From NCBI GenBank assembly GCA_040386275.1, contig JAZKFU010000008.1, positions 176,219 to 240,218 on the forward strand: a stretch of DNA of 64,000 nt, given 5' to 3'. The notes below the pieces were generated by a model, which saw only the letters and a list, made by a program, of their open reading frames with translations, ran no database searches and had not been told where the DNA came from. Both the position numbers and the translations under genes were made by a program. Of the stretch, positions 9,017-18,028 are shown one piece after another. Source of the DNA: Patescibacteria group bacterium. Its GTDB lineage: Bacteria; Patescibacteriota; Minisyncoccia; Phycocordibacterales; UBA918. Positions within the stretch are counted from its first letter, which is position 1; the number at the start of each line of letters is the position of its first letter.

Positions 9017-10288
9017 ATGATTATGGAGGTTTCGATTAGTGATACCACAGCCCATCGATTACGAAATATTTTTATACTAGTGGTTTTTACCATTATTTTT
9101 GCCAGTGTCACGGCTATGGGCACGGTATTTTTGATACCCTATAGTTTAATTTGGCAAACCGCAATCTTCTTTTTCCTACTCCTTTTATACTTGGGATTGT
9201 ATGGTTCACCTGACGAAGAGCTTAAAAAAAATCATGAGGGTCAAATTCATGCCTCGCGAGAGTTGTATGCTACTTTGTATAAACAAAGCCCGGTTCCCTA
9301 CCTCACCCTGGATGAAAAAGGTAAGGTCACAACCTGTAACCAAGCCGCATTACGGCTACTACAAACAAACTCTGAAACTATTTTTGGCACTACCATTATT
9401 GATCGGTTAAGTAATCCGGACGACAATGTGTTGTCAGTTACTTTGGGTAAACTACAAGCCAATGTTTCGTTTTTTGATACTGAATTTGAAATCACAACCT
9501 ATACTGACGAAAAGCGCTGGGTGTCAGTGTCGTTGTTTGTAAATGAGACGTTTAACCAACGATTAGTTTCATTAGTTGATATGACGCATCGTAAACAAAT
9601 TGATACCGCTAAAACAGAATTCGTGGCCTTGGCTACTCACCAATTACGAACCCCCATTGCGGCGATTCGCTGGAACGTTGAATTGCTGGAACGATCATTG
9701 CGAACCGTAACGAACGACAAGCAGAAGAATTACATTGATAAAATAACGCGCAACGTCAGTCGTATGCTCGCTTTAATCAACGACTTTTTAAGTGTTTCAA
9801 AATTGGAAACGGGGACTTTTGCTACCACGTACGAAACCATTAGTGTTCGAGAATATATGGAAGCGATTATTGACGAGTACCAGCAAGCAGTGACCGAAAA
9901 GCAAATTAACCTTATTCGTTCGTTTGAGCCGGCTGATTTGCAGATGAGTACTGATACCCGGTTATTCCACATTATTACCAGTAACTTGCTCTCAAACGCG
10001 GTGAAATACGTTCAAAATAACGCCACTATTCAAGTGAGTTATGTTGTATCAAATAATGCCCTGGTTTTTACATTGGCTGATACGGGTATTGGTATTCCGA
10101 CCGAACAATTAGAACGATTGTTCACCAAATTCTTCCGGGCGAGTAATGCCTTGCTCCATCGGGCGGAAGGTACTGGGTTAGGGTTATATATTGTGAAGGA
10201 ATCAGTTGAGATATTGGGCGGTATTATTGAAGTAAATTCAATTGAAAATCAAGGCACCACCTTTGTGGTCACTATCCCTATTCCGTAA
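9017..10288 (+). CDS. membrane sensor histidine kinase (TM + PAS-like + HisKA + HATPase_c)
   Basis: H-box THQLRTPIAAIRWNVELLE, G-boxes GTGLGLYIVKESVEILGG; N-terminal TM helices; divergent from the response regulator gene. Confidence 0.8.
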   Translation: MIMEVSISDTTAHRLRNIFILVVFTIIFASVTAMGTVFLIPYSLIWQTAIFFFLLLLYLGLYGSPDEELKKNHEGQIHASRELYATLYKQSPVPYLTLDEKGKVTTCNQAALRLLQTNSETIFGTTIIDRLSNPDDNVLSVTLGKLQANVSFFDTEFEITTYTDEKRWVSVSLFVNETFNQRLVSLVDMTHRKQIDTAKTEFVALATHQLRTPIAAIRWNVELLERSLRTVTNDKQKNYIDKITRNVSRMLALINDFLSVSKLETGTFATTYETISVREYMEAIIDEYQQAVTEKQINLIRSFEPADLQMSTDTRLFHIITSNLLSNAVKYVQNNATIQVSYVVSNNALVFTLADTGIGIPTEQLERLFTKFFRASNALLHRAEGTGLGLYIVKESVEILGGIIEVNSIENQGTTFVVTIPIP

Positions 10289-10299
10289 ACTATAGACAT

Positions 10300-10338
10300 A
10301 AAAAAAACACCTGGCTCACGGAACCAGGTGTTTTTTAG
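10300..10338. terminator. bidirectional rho-independent terminator
   Basis: acacctgg...ccaggtgt stem flanked by A-run upstream and T-run downstream, between convergent genes. Confidence 0.6.
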
Positions 10339-10348
10339 TAAGACGTAC

Positions 10349-11242
10349 TTATTTAGTTACGCGATCAAAACAGTATTCACCGGCTTTGTATGACCAATTA
10401 TCTGGGTTTTTAATAGGCATTGATGCATCACGGGTCATTCCAAATTCTCCTTCTGGATTAATGCTATCCGCTGAAAAGGTGGCGCATAGCCGAAAGCCTT
10501 TGTCAGTTGATTCATATTTGTAGGCTGGGCGTCCTTCTGGTGCTTGCGGGATATCAAATTCTCCATAGATATCCTCAAGTGTTGTTGGGGTAGTGCTGCT
10601 GGTAATCAGTTGGTCTTGTAATCGCCACTGGATGTTTTGTAAATCATTGACTTGTTTTTCATCAAGCTTTAATTCTCGCACTGAATTAGGGGTGTCGATA
10701 TGGGCAAAGCCAATTGCAAGAACTACAAAAGCGGCAATCATTGCTCCATACCCATACATCACTGACTTACTCTCATTTTTAAGCCAAAATCCGCGAGCAT
10801 CCAAAATGTAATAGTGAAAAGCTGCTCCTACTACCACAAGTACCCCGAGCGCTTTAAAAATAAATCGTTGCGTCATATCACCTTCGAGGAAGGCCATAAT
10901 CACTGCCACCAAGTCACCCAGTAATATTCCCCCCCCTACTAAAAGGGATAAGTAGACGAGCCATTTTGTTAAAGCGAGATACGAACTATTTTTTTCTTTA
11001 CGACGTAGTTGGTTTACTAAACGTGTGAGAATAATATAAGTTGGTAAAAATACTATCACCATTGCAATGCCTAGCCGCACCGCGTCAGTAGCTGACTCGA
11101 TAGCCCAGTACCCTTCCGTAGCATCGGGGAAGCGTAAGTTAATAACGCCAAATAATAAACTGAGTAAAAATCCTAACGATAGGTATAAACTAATAAGTGA
11201 GCCTAACTGCAACACAAAATGTTTTGGTGTTTGATTTTCCAT
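10349..11242 (-). CDS. hypothetical multi-pass membrane protein (possibly DUF5671-like)
   Basis: 297 aa; 4-5 predicted TM helices in the N-terminal half, hydrophilic C-terminus. Confidence 0.45.
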   Translation of the reverse strand: MENQTPKHFVLQLGSLISLYLSLGFLLSLLFGVINLRFPDATEGYWAIESATDAVRLGIAMVIVFLPTYIILTRLVNQLRRKEKNSSYLALTKWLVYLSLLVGGGILLGDLVAVIMAFLEGDMTQRFIFKALGVLVVVGAAFHYYILDARGFWLKNESKSVMYGYGAMIAAFVVLAIGFAHIDTPNSVRELKLDEKQVNDLQNIQWRLQDQLITSSTTPTTLEDIYGEFDIPQAPEGRPAYKYESTDKGFRLCATFSADSINPEGEFGMTRDASMPIKNPDNWSYKAGEYCFDRVTK

Positions 11243-11305
11243 AGCTATAAGTATACTCCTATTTTATAAAAATATGCCCCCTACCAAGGAGTGGTAGAGG
11301 GCATA

Positions 11306-12190
11306 TCAGTTGAAGGTAAAACGACCAATCACTGAAGCGTGATCAGAGGGTGCCTGTAGATCAGGCTTGAGGTACACGGCATTTTCGGCCAAACGAGGGC
11401 AGGCCATAACAAAATCAGCCTCAGGTTCTTGTTCCCACTTTGAGTAATGGTTGGTTCGCGTACGCACAACATCAAACTGATGATTGAGGACGATTCCTCC
11501 TTCACTGCCGAACAATGACTTGGCGCGCAAATCTTCAAGCGCACGCAAATCCGAACGGTAGTTGAGGTCTCCCAACACAATTAAGCGGGTATCTTTGGCG
11601 GTTGCTGAGAGCACCCGCCCTACATGCCAGTCGATACCTTGGTTCTGCGTAAACCGCTCTGGCATGTCGATTTTACCGTGTCGTGACCAAAATCCATGAA
11701 GGTTGGTAACAACAATTTTTTCGCCGGAGGGTATTTGCAACGAAACTGATAACGCTGCTTTTCCGGCGGGAGTCCCGCCTTCATGCTCGGTGTTGAACTG
11801 ATTACGGCGACCATACACAAAGTCGCTTCTAAAAAAATCAACTACACAGCGAGTATGCACAAACAACGCTTGTCCGTACAAACTCTCATAGGCACACCCT
11901 TCCAGATCGTGTACCCCTTGCAAGTGGGCAGCGAAATATGAAGTGTATGTCGGCCCAAGCAAGCTTTTTAACTCATCATACAGATGAAGTCGAATCGGAT
12001 GCGTGCGCTTACCCGGATCATTCGGCATGAACAATGTCGGTGCCTCAGGCTTTTGGGCGTTGTGCACCTCTTGAAACGCAATCACATCCGGTGACTTTTC
12101 CGCCACCAGTGTTTTTACGTATTCATGAAAGTGCGGTCGGCCACCACTTTCAGTGTTGAAGGTGATGGCGACGAACGTTTTATCGGACAC
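11306..12190 (-). CDS. endonuclease/exonuclease/phosphatase (EEP) family protein
   Basis: DVIAFQEV N-terminal motif, GDLNYR and C-terminal SDH motif typical of the EEP fold. Confidence 0.6.
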   Translation of the reverse strand: MSDKTFVAITFNTESGGRPHFHEYVKTLVAEKSPDVIAFQEVHNAQKPEAPTLFMPNDPGKRTHPIRLHLYDELKSLLGPTYTSYFAAHLQGVHDLEGCAYESLYGQALFVHTRCVVDFFRSDFVYGRRNQFNTEHEGGTPAGKAALSVSLQIPSGEKIVVTNLHGFWSRHGKIDMPERFTQNQGIDWHVGRVLSATAKDTRLIVLGDLNYRSDLRALEDLRAKSLFGSEGGIVLNHQFDVVRTRTNHYSKWEQEPEADFVMACPRLAENAVYLKPDLQAPSDHASVIGRFTFN

Positions 12191-12309
12191 AGGGTACTCC
12201 TTTCACATGAGAAGATCAAAACTAGCTGTAGTATAAACTACAAACTACATCACTCGCAATTGTAGACAAGGTTTGTTTATAGTTACACAATGCGGTACCA
12301 TAGAAGTAT

Positions 12310-12579
12310 ATGAAATCAGAAGATCTTAAACGAGCTCCCAAATTATTCTGCGAAAGTATCAACATCGGTTACACACCCGAGTTCTTTATAATGGCTTTAA
12401 GTTCAGGCAGTCAAAATCAAATTTATTCTCTAACCCCACAACACGCCAAGCGTCTCCAGCAGTATATTACGCACCAGCTTAATGAGTACGAAAATGAACA
12501 TGGTTCAGTGAAAGCTGATTGGAGTCCGACGATTGTGAGTCCGGTGCAGAGAGCTAATCCCCCAATGGAAGGTAGTTAG
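12310..12579 (+). CDS. hypothetical protein (89 aa)
   Basis: ORF only. Confidence 0.3.
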   Translation: MKSEDLKRAPKLFCESINIGYTPEFFIMALSSGSQNQIYSLTPQHAKRLQQYITHQLNEYENEHGSVKADWSPTIVSPVQRANPPMEGS

Positions 12580-12584
12580 CCGAA

Positions 12585-12700
12585 CTTTCAGAATTGGCGA
12601 ACTACTGCGTTAGCCTGCGTAAAATAATCCTCACCGTACAAAAAGTACGGCTCGTCATATTTTACTAGTCTGCCTTGTATTTCATCCAATTCTGAAAGTT
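12585..12700 (-). repeat. dispersed ~90-nt element, copy E1 (reverse orientation), overlapping a 58-bp local direct repeat
   Basis: reverse complement gacgagccgtactttttgtacggtgaggattattttacgcaggctaacgcag matches the consensus seen at 13741, 17535, 27325 and 57779. Confidence 0.6.
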
Positions 12701-12837
12701 CTAAACCATACTTTGATTACTCATACAACTAATTTTTGAGGCAATTTTTTCTTATATTTGGAAAATCGCTGGACCGCTGCGAAAGATGTTCTTGCGCTTC
12801 TAGCACTGCACTCAATTTAAAATTCCTTACCCTATAT

Positions 12838-12895
12838 AAAGTACGGCTCGTCATATTTTACTTGTCTGCCTTGTATTTCATTCAATTCTGAAAGT
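12838..12895 (-). repeat. 58-bp direct repeat copy E2 (about 92 percent identical to 12642-12699), partial copy of the dispersed element
   Basis: aaagtacggctcgtcatattttact(a/t)gtctgccttgtatttcat(c/t)caattctgaaagt present twice, 196 bp apart. Confidence 0.6.
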
Positions 12896-12999
12896 CCAAA
12901 TCTATTACTTGGGTACTTCAAATTGTTTACTACTGATTGATTTACATAATGTAGATATGTGATATAAAAATTGGTAGAAACATCCTTGTGGGGAGGTAC

Positions 13000-13470
13000 A
13001 TGATGTCGACTGCTCTTTGGACTATTGGTTTTATCGTGTTTGTTTTACTGGTTCGATTGATGATGAGACGAGTCGCACTGTCTCGGCTCTACTCCTCGAA
13101 TCTGTTCAAGTTTTTGCAATCAGATGAATGGAAATCAATTCAAGACTGCTATGATGCCGGCTTTCGAAAGAAAAGTACAGCAAGGATACTGGAGTTTTTC
13201 TACCAGCAGAAGCGTCTTGAAGTGCGGTTACCAGATCATAGGTTCAACTGCGAAGCTTGTGGCGTACATATTGCTGACCGAGTCATACGTGACCCAAATT
13301 TCAATTATGATGATCTCCCCAAAAATCTGACATTGGAGGAACTCAAAAAATCATTTTTGAAACCTTTGAAGACAATATGTTCGATACCTACAATATGGGG
13401 TACTTTGAGTTTCGAACAGTTAACAGAGGAGGTCAGCCTCGCCGACAACAGCAAGAACGTTTTAAATTGA
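13000..13470 (+). CDS. hypothetical membrane-anchored protein
   Basis: gggagg SD 3-6 nt before ATGATG at 13000; N-terminal TM helix; the ORF-track start at 12988 is a GTG upstream of the SD. Confidence 0.45.
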   Translation: MMSTALWTIGFIVFVLLVRLMMRRVALSRLYSSNLFKFLQSDEWKSIQDCYDAGFRKKSTARILEFFYQQKRLEVRLPDHRFNCEACGVHIADRVIRDPNFNYDDLPKNLTLEELKKSFLKPLKTICSIPTIWGTLSFEQLTEEVSLADNSKNVLN

Positions 13471-13504
13471 AGCAAGTTCTGGTCAATGCATGACCCCAAA
13501 ACAA

Positions 13505-13535
13505 AAGTGCGACCCCACCAGGGTCGCACTTAAAT
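13505..13535. terminator. hairpin terminator
   Basis: gtgcgaccc-cacca-gggtcgcac perfect stem, AT-rich flanks. Confidence 0.45.
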
Positions 13536-13740
13536 TTTATATACATTTCTCACCAAGATTACTTTAAAAAAGCTAGCTTCAACTCGGACAGCTAATATAC
13601 TCTAAAGGATTTCTTAAAATTGATTAGATTCAAGTGAGAAAGCGTATAGCTTTCGCAAGACCATTTGAGATTATTTTATTTTTATTAAAAATAAAATAAT
13701 TCATATGGTGTACAGCTCATGTAAGGAGGCGTGAGTAAAA

Positions 13741-13815
13741 AAATTAGGAGACGTACTTATTGTACGTTGACGATTATTTTGCGAGCTGCAACGCAGAAGC
13801 TAACGATTTTTAGGA
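13741..13815 (+). repeat. dispersed ~90-nt element, copy A
   Basis: gacgtacttattgtacgttgacgattattttgcgagctgcaacgcagaagc: hairpin plus conserved tail. Confidence 0.55.
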
Positions 13816-13818
13816 ATT

Positions 13819-14916
13819 CTAGATTAGGAATTCGATTACGTCTCCATCTTTCACAATATACTCCTTCCCTTCCGTCCGCATCTTTCCCTGTTCTTTGGCT
13901 ACTGCTTTACTACCCGCGGCTACTAAATCTTCAAAGGTGATGACTTGGGCGCGGATGTATTTTTTCTCAAAATCAGTGTGAATGGCGGCGGCTGCGCGGG
14001 GGCCGGTGCTACCAATGGGAACGGTCCAGGCACGAGTTTCTTTTTCACCGGTGGTGAAGTAACTCATAAGCCCTAAACGGTCGTAACAAGCGCGAATTAA
14101 GCTTCCTACACCACTATCTTGAGCGCCGTACTCTCTCCGGAAGTCATTTTTTTCATCTTCACTTAAGTCACGAAGCTCATGCTCCATCCCGGCATCAACC
14201 ACGACGTATTCACTGCCCGATTCTTCAAAAAATTCAACCAGGTCTTGCCACCGACTATCGTTTTGTTCATCCAGGTTAAAGGCGTCAGTTTTTTTGTTGC
14301 AGATGTATAAAAACGGCTTCATCGTTAACAGGTGCAGGGCTTTAACGGCTTTGATTTCTTCCACCGTCATGGATAGTGTATTCGCCAGCTGACCTTCACG
14401 TAAATGTGGTAACAACCGCACGAGCACATCACGTTCAAGGATGGCATCTTTGTCTCCCTTTTTCGCATCACGTTCAACATTCCCCAAACGCTTTTCTACG
14501 GTTTCGGTATCTGCAAATACCAATTCTAAGTTAATCACTTCAATATCACCCAACGGATCAACTCCTCCAGATACGTGGTGAATATCACTATCTTCAAAAA
14601 TACGTACTACTTGCGCAATCATGTCCGTCTCACGGATGTTAGCGAGGAATTTATTTCCCAGTCCTTCACCGGTTGAAGCTCCTTTCACCAACCCTGCAAT
14701 ATCAACAAACTCCACCACAGCTGGGATGATTTTGTCTGTTCCGGAAATTTTTGCCAAGGTGGCTAAACGACTATCTGGTACGGCAACCACACCCACGGTT
14801 GGGTCAATGGTCGCAAACGGGTAGTTTGCAATTAAAACCTCATTTTTAGTGAGGGCGGTAAAGAGCGTTGATTTACCAACGTTTGGGAGTCCAACAATTC
14901 CAACTGAAAGTGACAT
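13819..14916 (-). CDS. ychF: ribosome-binding ATPase YchF (Obg-family GTPase)
   Basis: MSLSVGIVGLPNVGKSTLF G1 motif, DIAGLV, C-terminal TGS domain; start set at the conserved Met rather than the longer ORF. Confidence 0.85.
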   Translation of the reverse strand: MSLSVGIVGLPNVGKSTLFTALTKNEVLIANYPFATIDPTVGVVAVPDSRLATLAKISGTDKIIPAVVEFVDIAGLVKGASTGEGLGNKFLANIRETDMIAQVVRIFEDSDIHHVSGGVDPLGDIEVINLELVFADTETVEKRLGNVERDAKKGDKDAILERDVLVRLLPHLREGQLANTLSMTVEEIKAVKALHLLTMKPFLYICNKKTDAFNLDEQNDSRWQDLVEFFEESGSEYVVVDAGMEHELRDLSEDEKNDFRREYGAQDSGVGSLIRACYDRLGLMSYFTTGEKETRAWTVPIGSTGPRAAAAIHTDFEKKYIRAQVITFEDLVAAGSKAVAKEQGKMRTEGKEYIVKDGDVIEFLI

Positions 14917-15061
14917 AGTATAAAAATGATTTAAGAAAGCGTGGCGGGAATAAACCAACCACGCTTCTGACACATGACCTGTCGAGTCTTGGGGAAGATG
15001 AGCGACAGATCAAACGTCAGGCCTGATTTATACCACACTAGTACCGATAATAAAAGCCTCA

Positions 15062-15904
15062 TTAGAACAACGGCGCAACGTATTCACAGAATTCAATTTC
15101 GGAAACATCCTTTTCTAATTTTTCTGCAAAGTACGCTTTGACTGAGTCTCGATTACCAATGGCATCAATTAACTTAGCCTCTACCGCTTTTTCTCCAATG
15201 ACTGTACTACCGTCGGCGAGCTTGTTCACCTCTTCTTCTGAAAGATTTCGGTTCTTCGACACCAATTTCACAAACTCATTTTTTATCGTATCCAACTGTC
15301 CTTGGAAGTAGGTCCGATCTGATTCACTTAACGGTTTATTAGGGTCGCCAGCATCTTTAAATTCGCCCGTTGTTAAGGGGACATAGGTCAGACCTTCTTC
15401 TTCGTTTTTCTTTGATTCTTCTACGTATGACATCGTTACTCCAATACTCCCGACATCAGACATTGCTGAGGCAAAGATTCTATCAGCCGCTGAAGCCACC
15501 ATATATCCACCTGATGCCCCAATATCGCCAATTAACGCTACGTTTGGTAACTCAAGCGCACTAATCTGTTTGGCGATATCTTCGGCTGCTACTGGAGTAC
15601 CGCCCGGTGAATTCACTTCAAAGAGCACACCTTCAATAAACAACTCATCATCAGAGACCAACTTCAAAAAATCTCGCACGTCCTTAGGGGTAACGGCAAA
15701 TTCAGGATAGAGCGCTCCTGTTCCCCACGGCATAATCACGCCTTCAATCGGCATTACTGCAATATTACACTCCCCATCACTTACTGAGCTATAGCCGAAA
15801 CTAAAAAACATAATAATGACACCCAGTAACACCAGCGTCAGGATTACTCCAAACACTTTTAACAACACACTCGCGAGTTCACGTCCAAAAGATATAGTAG
15901 GCAT
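15062..15904 (-). CDS. sppA: signal peptide peptidase SppA (S49 family, 36K type)
   Basis: N-terminal TM; GDIGASGGYMVASAADRIFA catalytic-serine region typical of S49/ClpP-fold peptidases. Confidence 0.75.
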   Translation of the reverse strand: MPTISFGRELASVLLKVFGVILTLVLLGVIIMFFSFGYSSVSDGECNIAVMPIEGVIMPWGTGALYPEFAVTPKDVRDFLKLVSDDELFIEGVLFEVNSPGGTPVAAEDIAKQISALELPNVALIGDIGASGGYMVASAADRIFASAMSDVGSIGVTMSYVEESKKNEEEGLTYVPLTTGEFKDAGDPNKPLSESDRTYFQGQLDTIKNEFVKLVSKNRNLSEEEVNKLADGSTVIGEKAVEAKLIDAIGNRDSVKAYFAEKLEKDVSEIEFCEYVAPLF

Positions 15905-15927
15905 TAGAAACGATTATACTATAGATA

Positions 15928-16323
15928 CTACCAGTTAAGATAGGTTATCGTACACTGCAACGTCGTCGCTATACTCACCCACACCAAATACGGAATATTT
16001 ATATAGGTTACCCAGGGAGCGTAGGGATAAATGACATACATCAGCCACACTAATGTTCCTAAAACCAAGAATATATCTATCGCTGCCAAAAGATTATTTT
16101 GCAATCCAAACTGAATGGGTGTAAAAATAGCGTTAAAAAATAAATTGAGCACAAACGGTGCAGCTACCCATAACGGAATTTCTCCCTGATAGATTTTGTA
16201 AAACACATACCCAAAGGAAATGGCGATAAGCGTATACAGTACCGACCAAATTGGACCAAACACCCATGATGGCGGCGCCCACTCTGGTTTAATTAAAGTC
16301 GCGTACCATTGTTGTGTATTCAT
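15928..16323 (-). CDS. tspO: TspO/MBR family tryptophan-rich sensory protein
   Basis: WYATLIKPEWAPPSWVFGPIWSVLYTLIA matches the TspO signature; multi-TM, Trp-rich; somewhat short at 131 aa. Confidence 0.75.
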   Translation of the reverse strand: MNTQQWYATLIKPEWAPPSWVFGPIWSVLYTLIAISFGYVFYKIYQGEIPLWVAAPFVLNLFFNAIFTPIQFGLQNNLLAAIDIFLVLGTLVWLMYVIYPYAPWVTYINIPYLVWVSIATTLQCTITYLNW

Positions 16324-16360
16324 AGCGCCAGTATATCACGAAGGAAATTTTGAAAATTAA

Positions 16361-16397
16361 AAACGGGCGCCTCTTGTATGAAGAGGCGCCCGTCAAA
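16361..16397 (-). terminator. rho-independent terminator for the lipoprotein gene
   Basis: gggcgcctctt...aagaggcgccc stem; T-run on the minus strand. Confidence 0.6.
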
Positions 16398-16401
16398 TTG
16401 T

Positions 16402-16758
16402 TTAGTAGTACACCACCCTGCGTCCGCGACTCTGTTTGTAGGTGAAGTACATGTCCCAGTCGTGTTGAAACTGGTAGATCTTCACCCGACCGTGACGATA
16501 GGAATCGTATTCTCCCCGATCACGGATAGCCGTCATGGGAACGTACGAACAGCCAGCCGGCAAGTTCATTCCTTCCCGATGGTTGTCGAGGTAATCGTAC
16601 AGGCCAGCCATCGTCGTGCACGCGAGAACCGATTCACCTCGCGGAAACATTTTCTGCGCCCGCGATGGCTTGTTCGAGTAGACGGTCGTTGTCTCGATGT
16701 AGACATCGCCCACACAGCCCGACACTGCAAACATCATAAGTAGAAAGAGAACTTTCAT
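16402..16758 (-). CDS. small lipoprotein
   Basis: MKVLFLLMMFAVSGC signal peptide with lipobox VSGC; start set at this Met. Confidence 0.5.
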   Translation of the reverse strand: MKVLFLLMMFAVSGCVGDVYIETTTVYSNKPSRAQKMFPRGESVLACTTMAGLYDYLDNHREGMNLPAGCSYVPMTAIRDRGEYDSYRHGRVKIYQFQHDWDMYFTYKQSRGRRVVYY

Positions 16759-16837
16759 CACCGTTTCCTCCAATAAATCCAACCAATATAATACATCAAA
16801 TATCAAAAAAGTCAACCAATTGGCTGACTTTTTCTAC

Positions 16838-17416
16838 TTATATTCCCTTTCGTCCCATCACTTCCATTTCTCTTAGCCACTTCTCTCGACAGATACCATC
16901 AACTTTTTCACAGGGCCCGTAGGCAGAAACTGCAGTGCGCAATCCAGCAAACTCGAGGATTCCGTATTGAATTTCATTGGTAAAGTCACCAAAGTTCCAC
17001 CAGGTCTTAAACGGAGAGTGCGAACCAGACAAAATAATCACCCGAGCCGTTCGTCCTTTAAGGTGTTTTTCAATACGCTTGGTTTCTTTATTAAAATTAA
17101 ACGCAAAACCTGGTAACCAAAAACGATCAAACAAGCCTTTAAGAATAGCTGGCATCGTACACCACCAGTTCGGGTAGACAATCATAATGTGATCAGCGTC
17201 GCGAAATTTGTTTTGCAAATCAAGCAAATCTGGTTCCAAGTGTTGAATCTCTTTGTACCCTTTGTGCAAAATGGGGTCAAAATTAAGTTCACCAATATTA
17301 ACCCGCACCACAGTGTGTCCCGCATCTTCAGCTCCGGCTTGATAATGATCTGCTGCATTCCCACTAAACGAATCTTTGTCCGGGTGCCCACACAACACGA
17401 GAATTTTCTTTGACAT
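16838..17416 (-). CDS. flavodoxin-like fold NAD(P)H dehydrogenase (quinone) family protein
   Basis: MSKKILVLCGHPDKDSFSGNAADHYQAGAEDAGHTVVRVNIGELNFDPIL matches Flavodoxin_2/NQO-like proteins. Confidence 0.65.
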   Translation of the reverse strand: MSKKILVLCGHPDKDSFSGNAADHYQAGAEDAGHTVVRVNIGELNFDPILHKGYKEIQHLEPDLLDLQNKFRDADHIMIVYPNWWCTMPAILKGLFDRFWLPGFAFNFNKETKRIEKHLKGRTARVIILSGSHSPFKTWWNFGDFTNEIQYGILEFAGLRTAVSAYGPCEKVDGICREKWLREMEVMGRKGI

Positions 17417-17534
17417 AATTAAACCAAGTATAACGCAACAGTGCGCAGACAAAGTCCACGCACTGTTGATTACTCTTATCTTCAAATCAATTTTTTAATT
17501 TTAGTGTTCAAGTAGACATTCAGAAACGAGTGCA

Positions 17535-17630
17535 GTGCTAGGAGCGCAAGAATAATTTTATGTAGACGTACTTCTTGTACGGCGGAATAAAATTTTCGTA
17601 GCAGCGACAACGCAATGTGCCGTTTGTGGA
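17535..17630 (+). repeat. dispersed ~90-nt element, copy D
   Basis: gctaggagcg...atgtagacgtacttcttgtacggcggaataaaattttcgtagcagcgacaacgcaatgtgccg. Confidence 0.55.
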
Positions 17631-17643
17631 TGTCGTCTCTACT

Positions 17644-17958
17644 TTAGCGTCTTATAGATCCATTGGGATTGAATTTGCCCTGACTGCCCATCTGCATCTT
17701 CATCATCTTCTCCTTCATTTCTGGGGTCATGGCGCCCATGATTTCTTGCTGGTACTTCGGTAAGACCTTCATTGCTGCTGTCATTTGATTATTACCGTTA
17801 CTTTTAAGCTCGGCTTGCATTTCTTTGGCGATTTTTTCGAACAAAGCCGGGTCTTTTTCCAACATGGTCATGATCATTTCTTGTTGATCAGCGGGCACAT
17901 TTTTCATTTGTGACTGAATCACCTTCTTTACTGCAAAATTTTTTATTTTTCCAAACAT
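17644..17958 (-). CDS. hypothetical Met-rich small protein
   Basis: 104 aa, many MxxM/MKM motifs; no domain recognised. Confidence 0.35.
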   Translation of the reverse strand: MFGKIKNFAVKKVIQSQMKNVPADQQEMIMTMLEKDPALFEKIAKEMQAELKSNGNNQMTAAMKVLPKYQQEIMGAMTPEMKEKMMKMQMGSQGKFNPNGSIRR

Positions 17959-18028
17959 ATAGTCAGAATTTTACCATACTCTCCTTATTATTTCAGAAAA
18001 TCTAAAGTATAGACAAATCAGTAAAAAA

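Noticed and set aside
13731-13940. 69-aa plus-strand ORF overlapping dispersed element copy A; a similar 62-aa ORF at 27306-27494 overlaps copy B
   Set aside because: The apparent peptide similarity between them arises from nucleotide conservation of the repeat. The reading frame is not maintained in copies C and D or E (an in-frame taa at the equivalent position in copy C). No SD was seen, so it was treated as non-coding.
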